Sequence record: SRR31156797_916
Direction: 5' to 3' (one strand)
Length of the DNA: 21,551 bases
The first letter of the stretch is position 1; every line of letters begins with the position of its first letter. Below are positions 15,970-21,551 of the stretch, piece by piece. Under the pieces are notes generated by a model, which ran no database searches, was not told the origin of the DNA, and saw nothing but the letters and a program-made list of their open reading frames with translations. The position numbers and the translations under genes were made by a program.

Positions 15970-16920
15970 TCAGTGGTCACACAAATTTACACCTGCCTGC
16001 AGGTTATCCATAAGCAAATCTTTTACTAGCTCCTCAGTTGCTTTTGGAGCTACCCCCGCAAAAACATTGATATTGTTTTTGAGCAAAATCTGTATGGCCC
16101 TTTGACCAATCCCGCCTGCAATTACATCAGTTACGCCCTCCTCATGTAACCATCTTGGAATTGAACCGGGTTCGTGTGGCGGAGGAATTAATTTTTTTTG
16201 ATTTGTGATGCTTCTGTCCTGAGTTGTAAAAACGGTAAATTCATCGCTGTGGCCAAAGTGGTTGCACAACATGTTGTTTTGTAAAGGAATAGCGATTTTT
16301 CTCATTTTTTTTTGGTTTTTGTTGTTTTTGATTTTCTTTAACAATTGTTTATGATATGGTGAATTTTCCCTGATCAAACTGATGTTACAATTGGGACAAA
16401 ATTTTGTTCTGCAAGGCTCTCCGGGAACATGAACTACTCCAAAATCGCACTTGGGGCAGATACATCTTGATTCGTCAGCAATCTGTTTTTTTTCAATCAC
16501 TGAAGCCTCGGGAGTATTGGTTTGCTCTACATCTGAGTCACCGCAAACCGGACACACCGTATGCCGGATCTCAGTGTTGTTGAGTCTGAAAATGGTATGG
16601 CAACTCATGCAATGAAACCAGGCAATATCTGATTCAACATTTCCACCCTCAACAATAATGGAACTCGCTTCCATAAATGCTTTCGCAATTTTACCACGGG
16701 CACTTTCGTAGATTCTTGAAAATGTTGGCCTGGAAACCTCCATCTTTTCTGCTGCTACTGCTTGCGTGAGCTTTTCATAGTCAGCCAGTTTTATAGCCTC
16801 AAATTCTTCGAGCAACAATTTAACATCATTCCCATTTGATTCGGGACTTCCAAACGGTTTAAATCCACGAAACCCCGGTGGGTGAATAACCTTACGCATT
16901 CTTTTTGGCCTGGGTGACAT
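15970..16920 (-). CDS. DUF134 (UPF0251) HTH protein fused to two Cys-rich metal-binding modules and a NifB/NifX-family domain
   Basis: MSPRPKR.R...FKP.G...EEFEAIKLADY..LTQ..AA.KMEVSRPTFSRIYESAR.KIA.A...I.VEGG (DUF134); CMSC/CPVC; CICPKC-HVPGEPC-CPNC; KIAIP...HFGH..F...PPPHEPG..P.WL...VIAGGIG.RA...CDH (NifB/NifX). Confidence 0.88.
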   Translation of the reverse strand: MSPRPKRMRKVIHPPGFRGFKPFGSPESNGNDVKLLLEEFEAIKLADYEKLTQAVAAEKMEVSRPTFSRIYESARGKIAKAFMEASSIIVEGGNVESDIAWFHCMSCHTIFRLNNTEIRHTVCPVCGDSDVEQTNTPEASVIEKKQIADESRCICPKCDFGVVHVPGEPCRTKFCPNCNISLIRENSPYHKQLLKKIKNNKNQKKMRKIAIPLQNNMLCNHFGHSDEFTVFTTQDRSITNQKKLIPPPHEPGSIPRWLHEEGVTDVIAGGIGQRAIQILLKNNINVFAGVAPKATEELVKDLLMDNLQAGVNLCDH

Positions 16921-16941
16921 AACAACATATTAATTTGACCA

Positions 16942-16971
16942 CAAATATAATGAACATTTGTTCAAAACAAA
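16942..16971 (-). promoter_or_regulatory. Promoter of the DUF134 fusion gene (-7 at 16942-16949, possible -33 at 16968-16971) containing a palindromic operator-like site at 16951-16964
   Basis: Minus strand TATATTTG and TTTG are 18 nt apart, with TGAACA-TT-TGTTCA between them. Confidence 0.6.
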
Positions 16972-17054
16972 GTGGGAAAAACAAATTCAATTTCACAAAA
17001 GTTTTCATTTGTTTTGCAGTTCAAATCAACAAAAGTTCAAATAAATGTTTTAAC

Positions 17055-17810
17055 ATGATGAAAAAATATTTCATAATCACCGGAGCTTCAAAAGGACTGG
17101 GTAAGGCTTTTTCTGAAACCCTTTTGAACCCTGATCATGTATTGTTTTTAATTTCAAGATCAGGGAATGCTGAAATCAGCCGACAGGCCTTGATTAAAAA
17201 CTGTATGGTTAGCAACATTTCATTTGATTTATCGGATAGAGAGCGCATATCTCAGCTCCTTTCAAATTTGTTTGACCACATCAATGATGATTGTTCCTCG
17301 ATCCACCTCATTAACAATGCGGGGATTACTGAGCCGGTAATGCCCATTGATGAGGCAAAACCGGGAGCTATTGAAAAACATGTTCAGGTAAATTACCTTG
17401 CTCCTGTTTTACTTACTTCAGGTTTTATCCAGCTCGCCAAAAAATACAGTATTCCAAAATCAATCCTGAATATCACATCCGGAGCTGCCCACATTCCGCA
17501 TCACGGCATGAGCATGTATTGCAGCACGAAAGCAGCACTGGATCAGTTCACCAGGAGTGTTGCACTCGAGCAAAATACGCAGGATTATCCTGTTGAAATA
17601 CATGCAATTTCCCCAGGGTTTGTTGATACACAAATGGTAAATAATTTGCTCCAAAAAGATAAATCAGCATTTGGAAGTGTAGATCAGTTCATCAAATCAA
17701 AGAATGAAGGAAAATTTGCCGGTGCAGCAGATATTGCTGAAAAAATCACTAGCCTTTGGTTGTCAGGAAAACTAAAACATGGTGAAGTAAGTCATATCAG
17801 TGAATATTAA
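17055..17810 (+). CDS. Short-chain dehydrogenase/reductase, benzil reductase (YueD)/sepiapterin reductase-like
   Basis: TGASKGLG, LINNAG, NITSGAA, YCSTK (YxxxK), SPGFVDT.M. Start revised to ATG 17055 or 17058. Confidence 0.88.
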   Translation: MMKKYFIITGASKGLGKAFSETLLNPDHVLFLISRSGNAEISRQALIKNCMVSNISFDLSDRERISQLLSNLFDHINDDCSSIHLINNAGITEPVMPIDEAKPGAIEKHVQVNYLAPVLLTSGFIQLAKKYSIPKSILNITSGAAHIPHHGMSMYCSTKAALDQFTRSVALEQNTQDYPVEIHAISPGFVDTQMVNNLLQKDKSAFGSVDQFIKSKNEGKFAGAADIAEKITSLWLSGKLKHGEVSHISEY

Positions 17811-18062
17811 TTGTTCGATATCGAACGGCATTTGTAAGGTTGTGGACAATGCTGTTAAATATAATGTCTGGAAATACATGTTTTCGATTGGAAATCAATA
17901 CGCTAACGTGAATGGTACAATAATGGTTCAACAGATCACAATTTGAAATTGTAAAAGGACCTGGAGTTGATTACAACAAGAAAAAAATGCCTTTATGTTC
18001 TGATTGAGTTTCCTTTAAGATTATTATCAAATTCACTTAATAACGCTTCAATATTTTAAATT

Positions 18063-21000
18063 ATGAAGAAAACCAGATTTTTACTCCTGGTGGCAGTCCT
18101 TTTTTCAGCCACCATTTTTGCTCAGGACGAAGCCAGATTGATGCGCTTCCCAACCATTCATGGTAATCAGGTGGTGTTTAGCTATGCCGGCGATCTTTAT
18201 TCGGTTGACAAAGCCGGTGGAGTAGCCCGTCGCCTAACTGTTGATGAAGGCCTGGAAATTTTCCCCAAATTTTCACCAGACGGTAAAACCATTGCTTTCA
18301 CAGGCCAGTACGATGGCAATACAGAAGTGTATGCTATGCCTGCATTAGGCGGAATTCCTGAGCGGGTAACCTACACGGCCACTTTGTCAAGAGACGATGT
18401 TTCAGACAGGATGGGCCCAAACAACATTGTGATGACCTGGAAAGACGATGAATCAATTGTCTATCGCTCAAGAAAACAAACGTTTAATTCCTTTCAGGGG
18501 CAACTTTTTGAAGTGTCGGCTGAGGGCGGCCTTTCCGAAGAACTTCCACTCCCAACCGGTGGTTTCTGCAGTTATTCACCCAACGGGAAAAAATTGGCCT
18601 ACAACCAGGTCTTTCGTGAATTCCGCACCTGGAAATATTACAGGGGTGGTATGGCTGATGATATCTCGGTGTATGATTTCAAAACCAAAGAAACGATAAA
18701 CGTTACCAACAACCCGGCACAGGATATTTTTCCCATGTGGCACGGTGATGTGATCTACTTCCTCTCTGATCGTGATCGTACGATGAACCTGTTTTCGTAC
18801 AATACCAAAACCGATGTGACAAGAAAAGTTACCAATTACGATAAGTTCGACATCAAATTCCCTTCATTGGGTGATAATGCCATCGTATATGAAAATGGTG
18901 GATACTTGTACTATCTTGATCTTTCAACCCAGGTTCCTGTTAAAATTGAGGTACAAATCCTGAATGATTTTGCAGCCAGTCGTCCGCAATGGAAAGATGG
19001 CAGCAAAACAATAAATGGTGGATTCCCTTCACCGGATGGAAAGCGTGTTGTTTTTGGTTCTCGTGGAGATGTTTTCTCGGTTCCGGCCAAAAGTGGTATC
19101 ACTAAAAATCTGACCAACTCAAACGGTGCACACGATCGCAACCAGGATTGGTCGCCTGATGGTAAATGGGTGGCATTTATTTCTGATATGTCGGGCGAAA
19201 CTGAAATCTACATCATGAAACCCGACGGAAGTGAGAATCCCATCCAACTAACCAAAAATGCCGATACATACAAGTTTGGTTTCGAGTGGTCGCCAGACAG
19301 CAAAAAAATCGCCTGGACCGACCAGAAGAAAAGGCTTCAGTTTGTGGACATCGAAACAAAAGATGTAACGCTTGTGAAACAAATTAACGACGGGGAGATA
19401 AGAACTTATTCATGGGCTCCAGATAGCAAATGGCTGGCTTATGCACTGCCAAGTTTTGATGAGGTCAGTCGCATCTACCTTTATAACCTTGACACCAAAG
19501 CATCTAATCCTGCAACAGACGAGTGGTTCAGTTGCAGCAACCCATCCTTTAGTCCGGACGGGAAATATTTGTACTTTACTTCAACACGCTCTTTCAACCC
19601 TATTTACAGCTGGACCGAATGGAACCATGCCTACAACGACATGATAAAAGTATTTATGGTTACGCTTACCAAAGATACGCCTTCACCTTTTGAGCTGGAA
19701 AATGATGAGGCTGTATATGAAGATGATGAGGCAGAAAAAGAGGAGAAGGAGGATAAGGATGAAGAAGGTGACGAAGAAGAAGAATTTAGTGTTGAAATTG
19801 ATTTTGATGGAATTTTCGACCGTGTGTTGGAAGTGTCTAAAGAATCCGGATCATACTGGAACCTGGTGGCTGTTGATGGTGGTGTGCACTATTCAAGGTT
19901 TAAAAGCGGTGATAAAGGCTCAACATGGATTTATTTTAACCTGGACAAGCAGGAGGAAGTTGAAATTGGAAGTAACATGGGATATGTATTCAGCGGAAGC
20001 AAGGAAAAAGTCCTCGTAAGCAAAAGCAGAAAATGGGCCGTAATAGACCCACCATCAAACAAGGTTAAGATTGGTGATTATATCGATCTTTCGAATGTTA
20101 AGATTTGGGTTGACCCTCGTGAGGAATGGCAACAGATTTTTGATGAATCCTGGCGCCAGATGCGCGATTTTTTCTACGACCCGAACATGCATGGTGTAGA
20201 TTGGGATGCCATTTATAAAAAATACAATGCACTTGTACCGCATGCAAACAGCCGCTACGATCTTAGCTATATCATAGGAGAAATGATTGGCGAATTGAAT
20301 GTTGGCCATGCCTACGTAAGTGGCGGTGACCGTGTTAAGGCAGATCGTATTAAAACCGGTTTGCTGGGTGCTCAGCTCAGTCGTGATAAATCAGGATATT
20401 ACAGGATTGATGAAATACTACCGGGCCAAAACTGGAATAAAGCTGTTCGTTCGCCACTTTCAGAAGTTGGTGTGGATGTATCGGAAGGTGATTACATCAT
20501 TGCTGTTAATGGTGCTTCAACCAAGGATATGGAGGATATTTACCGCTCACTTGTGGGCATGGTGAATGAAATTGTTGAACTTACAGTGAGTGACGATGCT
20601 TCTGATGATGACACCAGAAATATACTGATTAAACCGATTGGTGATGAGAGTGAACTTTATTACTATAAATGGATCAGTGAAAATATCCGCAAGGTGAATG
20701 AAGCTTCCAATGGCCAGATCGGATACATCCACATTCGTGACATGGGCCGTCGCGGGCTGAATGATTTTGTGAAATATTTTTATCCACAGATGCGTAAAAA
20801 GGCTTTGATTATTGATGACCGTGGCAATGGCGGTGGAAATGTATCCCCGATGATCATCGAGCGTTTACGTCGTGAAATGTCGATGATGCAAATGGGAAGA
20901 AATAACATTGGCGACCCGACCCCGGGTGCAATGGTGCTCGGCCCGATGGTTTGCCTGATCAATGGTTACTCTGCCTCTGACGGAGATCTGTTCCCCTACC

Positions 21001-21320
21001 AGTTTAAAAAGCATGACCTTGGAAAGCTCATTGGAACGCGCACATGGGGTGGGGTAGTTGGTATCCGGGGCAGCCTGCCGTTTATTGATGGTGGTGACCT
21101 GAGGAAACCCGAGTTTGCCCACTATAACGCTGAAGGGACCGATTGGATTATCGAAGGTCACGGAGTTGAGCCCGATATTGAGGTTAGTAACGACCCTGCA
21201 TTGGAATACGAAGGTGTGGATCAGCAGTTGAATAAGGCCATAGAAGTTTTGCTTGATGATTTAAGAATGAATCCGCAGGAATATCCGGATGTTCCACCAT
21301 TCCCGGATAAAACGAAATAA
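18063..21320 (+). CDS. Tricorn protease homologue (peptidase S41B), exported
   Basis: Signal peptide; PD40/WD-like propeller repeats (FSPDGK, WSPDGKW, WSPDSK); EW.QIFDESWR.MRDFFYD; GELNVGHAY (catalytic His); PDZ region; DDRGNGGG; SASDGD (catalytic Ser); RTWGG; EGHGVEPDI. Confidence 0.95.
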   Translation: MKKTRFLLLVAVLFSATIFAQDEARLMRFPTIHGNQVVFSYAGDLYSVDKAGGVARRLTVDEGLEIFPKFSPDGKTIAFTGQYDGNTEVYAMPALGGIPERVTYTATLSRDDVSDRMGPNNIVMTWKDDESIVYRSRKQTFNSFQGQLFEVSAEGGLSEELPLPTGGFCSYSPNGKKLAYNQVFREFRTWKYYRGGMADDISVYDFKTKETINVTNNPAQDIFPMWHGDVIYFLSDRDRTMNLFSYNTKTDVTRKVTNYDKFDIKFPSLGDNAIVYENGGYLYYLDLSTQVPVKIEVQILNDFAASRPQWKDGSKTINGGFPSPDGKRVVFGSRGDVFSVPAKSGITKNLTNSNGAHDRNQDWSPDGKWVAFISDMSGETEIYIMKPDGSENPIQLTKNADTYKFGFEWSPDSKKIAWTDQKKRLQFVDIETKDVTLVKQINDGEIRTYSWAPDSKWLAYALPSFDEVSRIYLYNLDTKASNPATDEWFSCSNPSFSPDGKYLYFTSTRSFNPIYSWTEWNHAYNDMIKVFMVTLTKDTPSPFELENDEAVYEDDEAEKEEKEDKDEEGDEEEEFSVEIDFDGIFDRVLEVSKESGSYWNLVAVDGGVHYSRFKSGDKGSTWIYFNLDKQEEVEIGSNMGYVFSGSKEKVLVSKSRKWAVIDPPSNKVKIGDYIDLSNVKIWVDPREEWQQIFDESWRQMRDFFYDPNMHGVDWDAIYKKYNALVPHANSRYDLSYIIGEMIGELNVGHAYVSGGDRVKADRIKTGLLGAQLSRDKSGYYRIDEILPGQNWNKAVRSPLSEVGVDVSEGDYIIAVNGASTKDMEDIYRSLVGMVNEIVELTVSDDASDDDTRNILIKPIGDESELYYYKWISENIRKVNEASNGQIGYIHIRDMGRRGLNDFVKYFYPQMRKKALIIDDRGNGGGNVSPMIIERLRREMSMMQMGRNNIGDPTPGAMVLGPMVCLINGYSASDGDLFPYQFKKHDLGKLIGTRTWGGVVGIRGSLPFIDGGDLRKPEFAHYNAEGTDWIIEGHGVEPDIEVSNDPALEYEGVDQQLNKAIEVLLDDLRMNPQEYPDVPPFPDKTK

Positions 21321-21370
21321 GAATGGTTATTGAGTTATTCGTTAGTTGAACAGGATTGCTCAAAAAAATT

Positions 21371-21405
21371 AAAAAAAAGCAGCAGAGGTTTCTCTGCTGC
21401 TTTTT
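21371..21405. terminator. Bidirectional intrinsic terminator after the tricorn gene
   Basis: A8-GCAGCAGAG-GTTT-CTCTGCTGC-T5, a perfect 9-bp GC-rich stem flanked by A and T tracts. Confidence 0.88.
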
Positions 21406-21454
21406 CAATTTTGCTAATCAATACTGTCCAAGTAAAATTTTGAAATAAGAAATA

Positions 21455-21500
21455 GATTCTTCGCTTCATCCCGAAATTTCGGGATTTCGCTCAGAATGAC
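21455..21500. repeat. REP-like intergenic element GATTCTTCGCTTC...GCTCAGAATGAC interrupted by an 18-bp perfect palindrome
   Basis: ATCCCGAAATTTCGGGAT (21468-21485) is its own reverse complement and is flanked by TTC on both sides. The outer sequence resembles a dispersed repeat I recall from many genomes; only one copy is visible here. Confidence 0.55.
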
Positions 21501-21551
21501 AATGGTTTAGTTTGTATGGAATTCGGGGAGGGGGGGGGGGGGGGGGGGGGG

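Noticed and set aside
15970..16305. NifB/NifX domain as evidence of nitrogen fixation
   Set aside because: There is no nifH/D/K/E/N or radical-SAM domain in the window, and this subfamily is common in non-diazotrophic anaerobes.
16935..17054. ORF-track N-terminal extension of the SDR (and similar extensions on recN, GT4, cobB, the methyltransferase, CAP-SPOR and the DUF3887-like gene)
   Set aside because: The extensions run through promoter boxes or upstream genes and precede the family-typical N-termini, so starts were moved downstream.
702..21408. Many 60-137 aa antisense or out-of-frame ORFs inside bamD, rpoZ, coaBC, porD, recN, fabI, the hydrolase, M20, SDR and tricorn
   Set aside because: They are shadow ORFs lying wholly or largely over well-supported genes, with no motifs or initiation context.
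21530..21551. Run of 22 G at the window end (G-quadruplex or phase-variable tract?)
   Set aside because: A terminal pure poly-G is the typical no-signal artefact of two-colour Illumina chemistry at contig ends; it cannot be treated as biological without reads.

Overview
Mostly housekeeping chromosomal region of a Bacteroidota bacterium, probably Bacteroidales. This is supported by TAnnTTTG -7 promoter boxes upstream of most transcription units, A-rich leaders with no obvious Shine-Dalgarno, T9SS genes and a Bacteroides-type FabI. Gene order: a truncated PLP-dependent alpha-oxoamine synthase resembling the sulfonolipid cysteate acyltransferases (-); bamD-rpoZ-coaBC-DUF4835/porD-recN and fabI (+); GT4 glycosyltransferase and a DUF3887/DUF5652-like membrane protein (-); a small orphan membrane ORF (+); sirtuin, serine hydrolase and methyltransferase (-); TrmH-family methyltransferase (+); a T9SS cargo protein (-); M20 amidohydrolase and a CAP-SPOR protein (+); a DUF134-HTH/Cys-rich/NifB-NifX fusion (-); an SDR and a tricorn protease (+). 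The window ends with a terminator, a nested palindromic repeat and a poly-G tail. I saw no rRNA, tRNA, CRISPR array, transposase or phage genes. The best candidate for an undescribed system is the stand-alone DUF134-NifB/NifX gene. It has a palindrome inside its own promoter, and an A9 tract at the domain junction where losing one A turns the fusion into two ATGA-coupled genes. All family assignments come from motif recognition and memory; no database searches were run.
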